This document shows positions 1-9,225 of a stretch of 59,908 bases of DNA, piece by piece. The translations under genes were made by a program, and so were the position numbers. The notes under the pieces are model-generated. The model searched no databases. It saw only the letters and a list, made by a program, of their open reading frames with translations, and was not told where the DNA came from. Location: IMG/VR virus record IMGVR_UViG_3300033141_003139, positions 1-59,908 of that record, one strand, 5' to 3'. How positions within the stretch are numbered: the stretch's first letter is position 1; the number at the start of each line of letters is the position of its first letter. The stretch is from a virus. Lineage: Duplodnaviria; Caudoviricetes.

Positions 1-114
1 GCTCATGCAGATGCGTTGGACGCTCATGATACGGCAATGGATACTGCGCATGCTTTACTCGCTACCGAAGAGAAGCAGGATGTTATCGACACCGTAGTAG
101 ACCGCATCGAGCAG
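1..114. repeat. Terminal direct repeat, copy 1 (circular assembly overlap)
   Basis: Bases 1-114 are identical to 59795-59908. Confidence 0.97.
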
Positions 115-1287
115 CAAGTAGGCTTAGGCTATCCTGCGGCAAACATCTTCTATATTGACCCGACTAATGGTAGTGACGATGACGATGTTCCTGGCACAAA
201 GGATGCACCGGTCAAGAGTTGGTACGAGATGTTCAATACCGACGATGGGCGTGCCTATGCGAAGTCGCCTGAGCCGGTACTTGTCTATATGCTCGCCCAG
301 CAAGACCAGACCCCTATTGATATGGACGCCTCTGCTGAAACTCCCTTAGGCTGTAACATTGAACAACCTAATGTACGGATTGTCGGTGTTGGATACCCAT
401 GGTTAACGAACACTGATGATGGTGATTGTACGATAAGTTTTGAGGATGGTGCCCATAACTGCGAGATTAGTGGATTTCGTATATCTCATCCAAGTGCTCA
501 AGGTATCCATTGTTATGCAGACGATGTTCTTATACACGATATTATTCTTTGTGGTGATTGTAGCAAAGAAACTGCTGCAGGCATTGGTTTCCAGAATGCA
601 AAACGCTGTCATGTGTGGAACGTTCGGTCAGTGGCTGATGCGGATAAACCAGAATCAGTTACGGTTAGTTTTATAGATAGCCACTACTGCTCGGCTAGGG
701 ATATTAGAAGTAATTACGTTAGTCATTCTCTTGTTTATTTCTATCGATCTCATCAGTGTAGGGTAATAAATTGTCATCTTACTAAGGCTGCGGGGACACA
801 AGGAATTTACTATGGGCTAGAGTGCACAGATTGCATTGCTTTAGGCTGCACTGAGGCTTGTGATGTTATAAGCAGTAATGTTTTCGGAAGTGGGAATAAA
901 GTATCGAGCCTCGAACGGCAGACCGCTGATGATGCACTAACGGCTTACGATCCGCCGACGAAAGCTGAACTAGACGCATCTGAAACGCGTGTTGAAGTCA
1001 ACGCTGCTTATGACTCTAGTTCAGGAGTTTTACAAGTCAACGCATTTCTTGAACAAGCTGGACAGCTGAGAACAGTAACAGACTGGACTGCAAAGCTGTA
1101 TGATTACAAGGGTGCAGAAGTAGAAGACTTAGAAGGAGAAGCTGGTACTACGAATGATGTTGCTTACTGGCAGGCCACATTGAGTACCAGGCTTACCGCT
1201 GGCGTAGCTTATTACGTTAAGGTATTATGTACCTATAGCGGTGTTACTTATCATGGCGTCTGCTTGATTTCAACTGGGCTTGTGTGA
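1..1287 (+). CDS. C-terminal part of a ~998-aa virion protein with a right-handed beta-helix (pectin-lyase-like) domain; continues from 58085 across the junction
   Basis: In frame with 58085..59794; motif IFYIDPTNGSDD..GTKDAPVKS followed by parallel beta-helix-like repeats (NCEISGFRI, DDVLIHDI, HQCRVINC). Confidence 0.75.
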   Translation, partial: AHADALDAHDTAMDTAHALLATEEKQDVIDTVVDRIEQQVGLGYPAANIFYIDPTNGSDDDDVPGTKDAPVKSWYEMFNTDDGRAYAKSPEPVLVYMLAQQDQTPIDMDASAETPLGCNIEQPNVRIVGVGYPWLTNTDDGDCTISFEDGAHNCEISGFRISHPSAQGIHCYADDVLIHDIILCGDCSKETAAGIGFQNAKRCHVWNVRSVADADKPESVTVSFIDSHYCSARDIRSNYVSHSLVYFYRSHQCRVINCHLTKAAGTQGIYYGLECTDCIALGCTEACDVISSNVFGSGNKVSSLERQTADDALTAYDPPTKAELDASETRVEVNAAYDSSSGVLQVNAFLEQAGQLRTVTDWTAKLYDYKGAEVEDLEGEAGTTNDVAYWQATLSTRLTAGVAYYVKVLCTYSGVTYHGVCLISTGLV

Positions 1288-1493
1288 TGATACTGGTTAA
1301 AGGTTACAGGTCTCAATTACTAATGTTGAGTGGTTCTGGGGCTACTATCGCTATTGGCCGTGACTCCCAGATATTTTTCAGCAGGAGACTATATCCTGAT
1401 AGTATTCCGTCGTCGACGCCATTGGAAACAATACCATCTAGTACACCAAGATGGAGTATTCCTTCGAGTACTCCTATAGAGACAGTAGAGTAG
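1284..1493 (+). CDS. Small protein with three tandem IPSSTP repeats
   Basis: Start overlaps the upstream stop; 9-aa periodic repeat at the C-terminus. Confidence 0.55.
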   Translation: MMILVKGYRSQLLMLSGSGATIAIGRDSQIFFSRRLYPDSIPSSTPLETIPSSTPRWSIPSSTPIETVE

Positions 1494-1503
1494 GAGAAAC
1501 TCT

Positions 1504-1887
1504 ATGCCTGGGCGTGATCCTGAAGTAATTTACATAAATCATCGGGGTTTCTTCCAACGCACGTTCAAGTTAGAAGGTGTTGCCCAGGATATGTCTGCCT
1601 ATACGGATGCTTCTAACAATATTACATTCGAGTTTTATGAAGAAGGGCAGACTGTCCTGTATTCTTTCAACAACTATAGTGATGCTTCTAACTTTGATGA
1701 TAGCAACCTATCTACAGGGGTCATAGTATTCAAGTACACCGAAGAGACTTTCGATGAAGCGACCATATTTGGGACATCTGATGACGTGAGTCGTCGCTAC
1801 CGTTGCAGAGTAATTCAGATAGACAGCACTTACCCCAGTCCAGGAAGAGTAAACCCTGAAACATTCGAGGTGGAGTTTAGACGCTAA
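1504..1887 (+). CDS. Hypothetical beta-rich virion accessory protein
   Basis: AGGAG RBS; acidic, beta-strand pattern; lies in the structural region. Confidence 0.65.
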   Translation: MPGRDPEVIYINHRGFFQRTFKLEGVAQDMSAYTDASNNITFEFYEEGQTVLYSFNNYSDASNFDDSNLSTGVIVFKYTEETFDEATIFGTSDDVSRRYRCRVIQIDSTYPSPGRVNPETFEVEFRR

Positions 1888-3743
1888 TGATTTACAAGGA
1901 ACAACAGGATATATTTGTAGATGCCATGGTGCATCAGTATGAACTAGCATCTGGTTCTTTGCAGGCGTTATTCCTGATACCTAAGTTGATAGGTAAAGTA
2001 CGTCATGAAGAAGACATTAAAAGGATAGACAGGCTTGAGCGTATTCTTATGAGTAGGTATAAGCCACGCAAGAAACGAAAGCGATCTAAAAAGTACATGC
2101 TGCAATATGGGTGGTTCGACTGGTTGCTTAGAGAAAAAACGCCTGAAGAATTGAGGCAGCGAAAACTAGCTAAACGCAAGAAAATTCTAATGGAGAAGTT
2201 TGGCCCTCACCTCGCAGCCGAGCAAGACTGGATAGCGGCTTCAACTGCAAGAAGGTTGTCACCGTTGGCGGAAGAAGCCAGCAAGGCTGAAGCGGTTACT
2301 CGTGTAGTAGACAGGCCACAAACTCCTTTCAGGGTTGCCCTGCGTGAACAACGCCTCAAGCGCGCTGAGGCAGGTTTCCCTGAAGTTGGCAGGCCAGTAA
2401 GGGTTGCTACCAGAAAACAGCGTGCTGAATGGGAGAAAGACCCTAGAAGAACTATAACACCCAAGCGGAAACTCGGTGAAAGCATCCAGTTGAAGCTAGA
2501 ACAATTTCTCAGGAAGAACCGTCTTTACGGCAAAAGCCCAAGTGAGATTAAAGCCCAGTTGAACAGAATGAGCTTTGATACAGTCGTACGAGGTTACAAA
2601 CTGTTTAAGATTTTAGCTGCAAAAGGAGCTAAGTCAGTAGGCGGGTCTATAATAGAAGGATGGCTCCAGGCTTTCAAAGAAAATCTCTGGGAAAAAGAGC
2701 AACGCACCCTTTTTGCTAATAACAGTAACGTCGTTCGTTATGCTGACGAAAACTTGTTTACTGAGTTGCTTCGTGCAATTGCGATGAGTGCAAGGAATGC
2801 TAAAACTGAAGTACTGGAAAAAACATTAGCCAAGGCTCATCGTATGGCCATGCGAGTCCGTGAGATTGCTCTTAAGAATATGTTCATGTTCTGGGCTGGA
2901 TTGATAGCAGGAGAGCTGATGCATCGTGCTGCAAGCAAGCAAATGGTAAACGTGGTAACGCCTGAAGGCAAGAACCTGTCACGTGAAAGACGAATGATGT
3001 ATGCTGGTCCGTTCCTGACAATGGCCAGTAGTATTATTGCAAGGTTATTTCCAAAGGCTGTAGCTAAAAAGGCATTGTGGAGTAAGGCTATATCCAGTGG
3101 AAGAGCCGCAAGTGTTACCAGGGCAGCAAAGACAGCCCAGGTTCGTGGCGTTGCAAGGGCGGCTCTCAGGGAGACCAAGCAGAAAGGTATTCGTGGTGTC
3201 AAAACAGGAATAGCAACAGCTGGGGAGGTAGTAAGACCTCATTGGAAAACGTTCAAGTGGACTCATCCTCATGCTGGGGCTATACTGACGAAAGGTGGAC
3301 GGGCTGGGCGCTTCATAGTCAAACATCCTTTTGCTACGTGGATTGGAGCCGAAGTTGGTCTTCAAGCTCTCCGCAAGAAAAAACAACGTCAATTGGAAGA
3401 TCAGTATTACCCACGGTACGACTTGCAAAGGGAAGCCTTCAAAAGGTATGCCTTTTATGCACCACTTACGTCATGGCTGAAGAAAGCAAAGAAAGCGTAC
3501 GAAGGTTTCATAATGAAAGGTTCCGTTGGCAGGGGGTTGGTAACCGCTACACGAGGCGTTGGTATGATTGGACGTGGTGCCGTGAAAACCGTAGGTGGAG
3601 CAATGAAAGCAACGTCTCGTACTATGACACCTAAAGGCAAGATACTAGCAGGGGGCTTAATGGTAGGCGGATATGCCTGGGGCAAACGAAAGGGACGACA
3701 GCAAGGTCCCCGTCGGCCTTTTTTCAGGGGGCATTTACGATGA
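1887..3743 (+). CDS. Highly basic modular protein, putative internal head polyprotein
   Basis: 618 aa, K/R/A/G-rich, translationally coupled; segments separated by xxQY/xxRY motifs. Confidence 0.7.
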   Translation: MIYKEQQDIFVDAMVHQYELASGSLQALFLIPKLIGKVRHEEDIKRIDRLERILMSRYKPRKKRKRSKKYMLQYGWFDWLLREKTPEELRQRKLAKRKKILMEKFGPHLAAEQDWIAASTARRLSPLAEEASKAEAVTRVVDRPQTPFRVALREQRLKRAEAGFPEVGRPVRVATRKQRAEWEKDPRRTITPKRKLGESIQLKLEQFLRKNRLYGKSPSEIKAQLNRMSFDTVVRGYKLFKILAAKGAKSVGGSIIEGWLQAFKENLWEKEQRTLFANNSNVVRYADENLFTELLRAIAMSARNAKTEVLEKTLAKAHRMAMRVREIALKNMFMFWAGLIAGELMHRAASKQMVNVVTPEGKNLSRERRMMYAGPFLTMASSIIARLFPKAVAKKALWSKAISSGRAASVTRAAKTAQVRGVARAALRETKQKGIRGVKTGIATAGEVVRPHWKTFKWTHPHAGAILTKGGRAGRFIVKHPFATWIGAEVGLQALRKKKQRQLEDQYYPRYDLQREAFKRYAFYAPLTSWLKKAKKAYEGFIMKGSVGRGLVTATRGVGMIGRGAVKTVGGAMKATSRTMTPKGKILAGGLMVGGYAWGKRKGRQQGPRRPFFRGHLR

Positions 3744-5518
3744 GTAATTTCAATCGTGCTGGCAACTTAGTCCTAAAATATGCCGTTCAGCGACAGAGTC
3801 TTATCAACCGGCTATTGGATCTGGCGTCTTCGATTAAGCATGGTATGGGAGCGGGTAAGGCAGTAGAAATACTAAGGTCTCCACTTGGAGCTAAGTTAGC
3901 CGCTGGTGTAGCAGGGGGAGCGGTAGGCATATCTTTAGGTAAAGCATTACAGCGTATAGAAGACGAAGAGGAAGCAATAAGAGAAAAGGAACGTGCTCGA
4001 ATACTTGCTGCTGTCAACATGCTTGAGTCATTAAATGCTCCTGTTGATTATATGACGATCGATACGATTGTCAGGTATGAAGGATGGAGAGAAGAACTTG
4101 CTAAGCGGACTCCTGAGTCGTTGTTAGCTGCATGGAATAAGTTCCGCGAAGAAACCGCTCGTACCACGGACGTGCCCAGGCAGGTTAGCGAAGCTCGAAA
4201 AAGCGTTGGTCAGGCTCTTTTGGATACTCTGGCTGCTCATGGATACATACCAGATAAAGAAGGCAGAATGAGACTATCCGAGGCTAAGCCAAAGGGAGTA
4301 GCATTTCCTGCTCCTCCGCCTGGGATGCGTATAAAAGCCGCAGAGGAACATATTACCAGTACATCGCATATCCCAATGGGCGAAGCCAGGTCCATAGAAG
4401 GCATGGAGGTAGGCGGAAAAATAGTTGTGCACCCAGCGAAGTTGACGGCCCCAAGATACGTAGCAAAGCCCAGGTATGACCTGGATGCCTTATCAAGGAT
4501 CCAGATGGAGAGAGCTGCGAAGGGCACATCTGTTACTGGTCTAGGTGCAGTTAGAAAAAGAATCGGTGAAATACATGAAGCAACCAGGGGTGGTCGTGAA
4601 ACACCACTCATGAAGTCTGTACTCAGTAAAACAATAGATGCTGCTGAGCATGCTCGCATCCAGAAGAAGCTCGCTACAAAAGGTTTTCGCTCGTTGACTG
4701 GTGTTGAAAAGCGAACTATTGGACGGCTTCTTACCAAAAGGGCAAAGCGTTGGGGTCTTCGTTTCAATGAACAAGCTCCTACCCAGCAGTACGCTTTTGA
4801 ACGCACCAAGCGAGCATGGCGTAAGGCCAAGAGAAAAGTAAAAGGAGCTTGGCGAACAGGGACAGCGTGGGGACGTAGGTTAGCCAGAAGGATTTCTTCT
4901 GCTGCCAGGGTTGCTACTGCTCAAAGTATGGTTACTGCACCAGGTGTTGCGTGGCAGGAAACAGGACGTTTCTTGGAACGTGAGGCTTCAGCAAGAATTC
5001 CTGCCCTGAGCGAATCCCATCCAAGGCTGGCTGCAATAGCTGCAATGGGTGTCAGGCAGGCGGCTGTTACAAGTAGGAGGCCTACCAGCGTTGATCCTCG
5101 ATTTAGAGAATATACCACGGAAGAACTACTAGTAGAAGCATCTGGTCTCAGCGGGGATTTGCGAAAGCTATTGAATGATTTTGCGAGTAACAAGGCTACA
5201 CAAAGTGGTTTTGAAAGCAAACTTCACAACGCAATAACTGAGAGCGAGCGAGCAGGGATACTCAATGAAAAGAAAAAGGTTGATACGACCAGGGGGCTTC
5301 TCAAGGAAGACATACTGTTTACTCGTAACAGGTTACGGGATATACGAGATGAACTAAGGTCACGTGGTACTCGTGTACCCAACGATATTAACGCTGTATA
5401 TGCTGAAGCCATATCTCTTGCCGAAGTACCACCATCACCAAGGCGACCAGTAAGACCTGCTCCTACCCTGGAAAAGCAATTGATAACAGAATTACTTGGT
5501 AACAGGTACTACAGATGA
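3740..5518 (+). CDS. Highly basic modular protein, putative internal head polyprotein
   Basis: 592 aa; ATGA overlap; Gly-zipper helix AAGVAGGAVGISLG; VLKY, IVRY and QQY motifs. Confidence 0.7.
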   Translation: MSNFNRAGNLVLKYAVQRQSLINRLLDLASSIKHGMGAGKAVEILRSPLGAKLAAGVAGGAVGISLGKALQRIEDEEEAIREKERARILAAVNMLESLNAPVDYMTIDTIVRYEGWREELAKRTPESLLAAWNKFREETARTTDVPRQVSEARKSVGQALLDTLAAHGYIPDKEGRMRLSEAKPKGVAFPAPPPGMRIKAAEEHITSTSHIPMGEARSIEGMEVGGKIVVHPAKLTAPRYVAKPRYDLDALSRIQMERAAKGTSVTGLGAVRKRIGEIHEATRGGRETPLMKSVLSKTIDAAEHARIQKKLATKGFRSLTGVEKRTIGRLLTKRAKRWGLRFNEQAPTQQYAFERTKRAWRKAKRKVKGAWRTGTAWGRRLARRISSAARVATAQSMVTAPGVAWQETGRFLEREASARIPALSESHPRLAAIAAMGVRQAAVTSRRPTSVDPRFREYTTEELLVEASGLSGDLRKLLNDFASNKATQSGFESKLHNAITESERAGILNEKKKVDTTRGLLKEDILFTRNRLRDIRDELRSRGTRVPNDINAVYAEAISLAEVPPSPRRPVRPAPTLEKQLITELLGNRYYR

Positions 5519-6372
5519 AGTTAGAACTCGTATGGAGTTATCTGGGACGGAACTGGGACTCACCAGTGAAGCGTTACTTGATAAGAGAATGGCAGGAAGC
5601 ATACGCCCGCCCCAGCATGGGTAAGACCAAGAGTAAGCAATCCTGGTGGCAACGTATGAAGGGCCGTGTTAAGTGGTACAAGAGAGAAAAGGCCCGTGCT
5701 CGTATTAAAGAAATACGTCGCCAGCTTGGCAACCTGAAAACAGCAGGACTCAGAGCTATCAATCGTGCTTACAACGAGATAGTCGCCATTGGGATAGAGA
5801 CTAAGGATCGTACCATCCAACGTGAAATTGCCCGTCATAAACGAGAGCTTAAAGCAGCTGGTCAAAGGATTGTCCTGGAAGGTAAACATATAGACTGGGA
5901 AAAATCTCATGAGTCCAAACTCAAAGGAAGAAATCTTGCACGGGTTGCCGAGATATTACATCGTATGGGCGAGTCTGAAGCCAAGGCTAGGCCTGCCCCC
6001 AGGGCCATCATAGGAGGAGTCGAGACAGGACTTTTCGGTCCTGAGATCAAACGAACTGTTTCCCAGTCGCATAGGCTGGCTGCAAAAGGAATGCAACTGA
6101 AAGATTTAGCCGAGGAACTTACGAAATCTCCTGAAAGTACATTACCACAACATCACCCTGCATACGTAAGGGTACCTGGAGCAAAAGGGCCAGCAGGAAT
6201 GAGTACACATGACCTCAGAGAATTAACGGGCATAGGTGTTAGGTCAATCGGCTGGACCAAGCCAGTTGACCCTGCATCTCAAGCATTTCTTGCTCCCTTT
6301 AGAGAAGAGCTTGGTAAAAGAGTGGCCAGGGCTGAACTTGCAATGGAACGGGAGGCTTTAGGACGACAATAA
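5515..6372 (+). CDS. Basic protein, putative internal head protein
   Basis: 285 aa; ATGA overlap; directly upstream of the protease gene. Confidence 0.7.
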   Translation: MKLELVWSYLGRNWDSPVKRYLIREWQEAYARPSMGKTKSKQSWWQRMKGRVKWYKREKARARIKEIRRQLGNLKTAGLRAINRAYNEIVAIGIETKDRTIQREIARHKRELKAAGQRIVLEGKHIDWEKSHESKLKGRNLARVAEILHRMGESEAKARPAPRAIIGGVETGLFGPEIKRTVSQSHRLAAKGMQLKDLAEELTKSPESTLPQHHPAYVRVPGAKGPAGMSTHDLRELTGIGVRSIGWTKPVDPASQAFLAPFREELGKRVARAELAMEREALGRQ

Positions 6373-6397
6373 TGTAAAAAAAATTACAATTTAGTTC

Positions 6398-6425
6398 TTG
6401 CTTTTTTATTTCATTATGCTATATT
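6398..6425 (+). promoter_or_regulatory. Sigma70-like promoter for the head/tail operon
   Basis: TTGCTT-16nt-TATATT with extended TG, in an AT-rich gap. Confidence 0.5.
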
Positions 6426-6440
6426 TAGCATAGAGGTGTA

Positions 6441-7766
6441 ATGATGGCGAAACTATTTGACTTGTCACGTAGTACAGATGGACGCACTTATACTCTCAGG
6501 AACGTCCCGATCTTCAAAACTCATGATGATCGTGGGTTCAATTGCGATGAGAAGTGGCTCGATGAAGCTATCGAGAACCACAACCTTCGTAAAGCAAAGG
6601 GTTATTTGCCTTCTGTTTTCGTTGGACATACATCTAAGAATGGCGAGGAGAAAGAAGCAATAGGCTTTTTGGATACCCTTTATCGCAAAGGCAAGATAAT
6701 TTATGCGAATATCGCAAAGATACCTGAGACTATAGCACAAAAGTTCAAAGCGAATGCGTTTCCCAATCGTTCGTGCGAGGTACTCCCTAAGAGTAAAAGG
6801 ATCGTCGGCCTTGCGTTCCTGGGAGCCACGCCACCGCATTTTGCTTTACCTTCGATGATATATGAACAGACCGACGAGAAGTCCCATTGGGTTAATTACG
6901 AACAACAGGAGGAAAAACGGATGAGTGGAATTGGTGAAATGTCTCCAGAGCAGTTTGGTGAAATTGTTGCCAACGCAGTGGTTGCAGGTATTGAGAATTA
7001 CAACACCAAGATGGAGAACGAAGAGCAGGAAGAATACCAGAAGTTTGTTGACGGCCTATCCAAGGAAGAGAAAGAAGCGTTCAATTTGAACCCAGAATTG
7101 TTCCTGGAGTTGTACGGTCAGTATGGCCCTGGTGTCGTGGATGTAGATGTTATCCAGCAAACTTCAGGTGGACCGCTCAATGAAGAAGCAGTAGGAGAAG
7201 AGACCAATGTTGACAGGGCCAAGCAAATTGACGTTGGTAACCTGGATGATACCATGATGCGTACCGTCGATGAAAAAGGGGCTGTAAAATCAGCTGGTGC
7301 TCCTGAAGTAGAGCCTGGTACTGCTGTTGCCGAAATGACGCAGATGAAAGAAGACACTGAAACCCTGGCTTATGCTATAAGAGATCTCCAGGAAGAAGTG
7401 GACGTGTTGACGACTGCTAATCGTGCTCTACAAAGTCAGAAAGCTGCCAGTGAAATTAAGGCTTACCTGATGGATTTGAAAGCACGAGGCTATGCCTTGA
7501 ATGAAAAAGACATAGACCATCGTGTTGACATGATGATGAGAATGGATGAAGATCTCCGTAAGGATTACATGAAGGACCTGGAAAGTTCGCTCCCGAAAGT
7601 CCCTACTGGCCGGTTTGATTTTTCAGGTGGTCTTACCAAGGCTCAGCTTGGCGACTCGAATGAACTGGCAGTCAAGTTTGAAGCCAACGAAGAAAAGTAC
7701 AGGGCAGCTGGTGTAACTTGTGCGGATGATCTTAAGTACGTATCCCTTACCGGTGGCGAACTTTAA
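6441..7766 (+). CDS. Mu I-like prohead protease fused to scaffold
   Basis: Motifs VGHT, EAIGFL, NRSCEV, GLAFLGATPP; acidic coiled-coil C-terminal half; precedes capsid genes. Confidence 0.8.
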   Translation: MMAKLFDLSRSTDGRTYTLRNVPIFKTHDDRGFNCDEKWLDEAIENHNLRKAKGYLPSVFVGHTSKNGEEKEAIGFLDTLYRKGKIIYANIAKIPETIAQKFKANAFPNRSCEVLPKSKRIVGLAFLGATPPHFALPSMIYEQTDEKSHWVNYEQQEEKRMSGIGEMSPEQFGEIVANAVVAGIENYNTKMENEEQEEYQKFVDGLSKEEKEAFNLNPELFLELYGQYGPGVVDVDVIQQTSGGPLNEEAVGEETNVDRAKQIDVGNLDDTMMRTVDEKGAVKSAGAPEVEPGTAVAEMTQMKEDTETLAYAIRDLQEEVDVLTTANRALQSQKAASEIKAYLMDLKARGYALNEKDIDHRVDMMMRMDEDLRKDYMKDLESSLPKVPTGRFDFSGGLTKAQLGDSNELAVKFEANEEKYRAAGVTCADDLKYVSLTGGEL

Positions 7767-7798
7767 GTTCAGACTAGTATAAAGGAGGATTGCAAGTT

Positions 7799-8956
7799 AT
7801 GGCGACTTATGGCAATAAGACGTACAAGTTTAAGAATTCTGCTGGGGCTATTTGCAGGTATCCAGTTGCTGCCAACGTTGTAATTTATCGCGGACAAATG
7901 GTGGCGTTGGAGGCCAGCGGGTATGCAATCCCTGGAGCTGATGATCCTACGCAAGTTGACGAGACTGCGTTGACACCAACGCTTTTCGTAGGGTTTGCGA
8001 TGGAGCAGGTTGATAATACCAATGGCAGCGATGGCACCAAGTACGTCAGGGTGGACCGACGCAAGCAGGTTATGCGGGATATGGTCATCACTGATACTAC
8101 AACGATAGCCAACGTTGGCGATATTGTCTACCTTGGGCTTCAGGAAATAAATTCTGATGAGTACACTGCTGATAGCGATCAGAACGAAAGCGTTTACCTG
8201 GCAGCTAGCTCTACGAATTACGTTCCCGTTGGCATGATTACCAAGTGGACTAGTGCCCACGTTGTAGATGTCGATATTATGTGCGGCGTGCTCCCGTTCT
8301 CAACGGCATTGTATACGACGACTGCTGACCTTGCGTCTGTTGCTGATGCTAAGGGTGCTGACCTTATCGGTATTACCACTGATATTGGGTTTACTGGTAC
8401 TGACGTAAAAGCAGCCCTGGAAGAAATATACACGCACATGACTACAAGCCAGGGCTACATTCCGCTGGATATATGCAGCCTGAGAGTGATTGATAGCGAT
8501 GAGGTTCACAACAAGACTAATATCGGTGGTCTTCTTTGCGAGGATTCAACCCCGATATTGAAGCGGACGGATACAGCACAGGACAAGTCACTGGTCGTGC
8601 ATTGGACGACATCCGGCGTAGAAGAACTGATATGCCAGATTCCCAAGCCTCCAGACCTGGATGCAAGTGCTAACCTCGTATTGCATGCCTTGATTGGTAA
8701 AGGGTCGAATACAGATGATTCCGCCAAGTTCGAGGTTGGCTTCTGGGATGGTATAGGCGATACGGAATATTCTACCCAGGTTACTCTTGCTACCAGCGCG
8801 TTGACTGAGTATACGATGGCACTTACTGCGGCGAATCTTTCGGCTGCACCAGGTGTTATCAACGTCCGTATGAACCCGACTGACACGCATGACAATGACA
8901 CTATTCAACTTGCCGGTTTGTGGGTTGAATATACAAAAGCACAGTTGACATCATGA
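7799..8956 (+). CDS. Head decoration/cement protein with a C-terminal extension
   Basis: YPVAANVVIYRGQMV...FVGFAMEQVDNT pattern typical of decoration proteins; lies between protease and MCP; ATG at 7799 follows AAGGAGG. Confidence 0.65.
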   Translation: MATYGNKTYKFKNSAGAICRYPVAANVVIYRGQMVALEASGYAIPGADDPTQVDETALTPTLFVGFAMEQVDNTNGSDGTKYVRVDRRKQVMRDMVITDTTTIANVGDIVYLGLQEINSDEYTADSDQNESVYLAASSTNYVPVGMITKWTSAHVVDVDIMCGVLPFSTALYTTTADLASVADAKGADLIGITTDIGFTGTDVKAALEEIYTHMTTSQGYIPLDICSLRVIDSDEVHNKTNIGGLLCEDSTPILKRTDTAQDKSLVVHWTTSGVEELICQIPKPPDLDASANLVLHALIGKGSNTDDSAKFEVGFWDGIGDTEYSTQVTLATSALTEYTMALTAANLSAAPGVINVRMNPTDTHDNDTIQLAGLWVEYTKAQLTS

Positions 8957-9150
8957 TGATTGATCATTGGAAAAAAGTAATAGAAGATGCAAAGGGACCA
9001 GGCAATACATCCAGCCAATGCCTGGTTGACGTTGGTCGTAAGTTGGGCTTTATTACGGAGGGAGCTTCACAGGTAGAGGCTCCCCCCGTGACGGCGGAAA
9101 AAAGCACTAGTAAAAGAGCCAAACGAAAAAAAGGCTCGACCACAGCGTAA
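8953..9150 (+). CDS. Small hypothetical protein
   Basis: Coupled start; basic C-terminus. Confidence 0.55.
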   Translation: MMIDHWKKVIEDAKGPGNTSSQCLVDVGRKLGFITEGASQVEAPPVTAEKSTSKRAKRKKGSTTA

Positions 9151-9225
9151 TCTCGCTGTGTCCCGTATTGACGGAGTATTTAATGTGGCCCCTATTAAAC
9201 TAACAGGTTAGAAAGGAATGGGGCG

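Noticed and set aside
1-114. Terminal repeat as a biological DTR or att site
   Set aside because: It falls mid-gene, keeps the reading frame and is exact, which is most consistent with assembler overlap on a circular contig
9140-9175. Two small hairpins before the capsid gene
   Set aside because: The stems are short (7 and 4 bp) with no U-tract, which is not enough to call a feature
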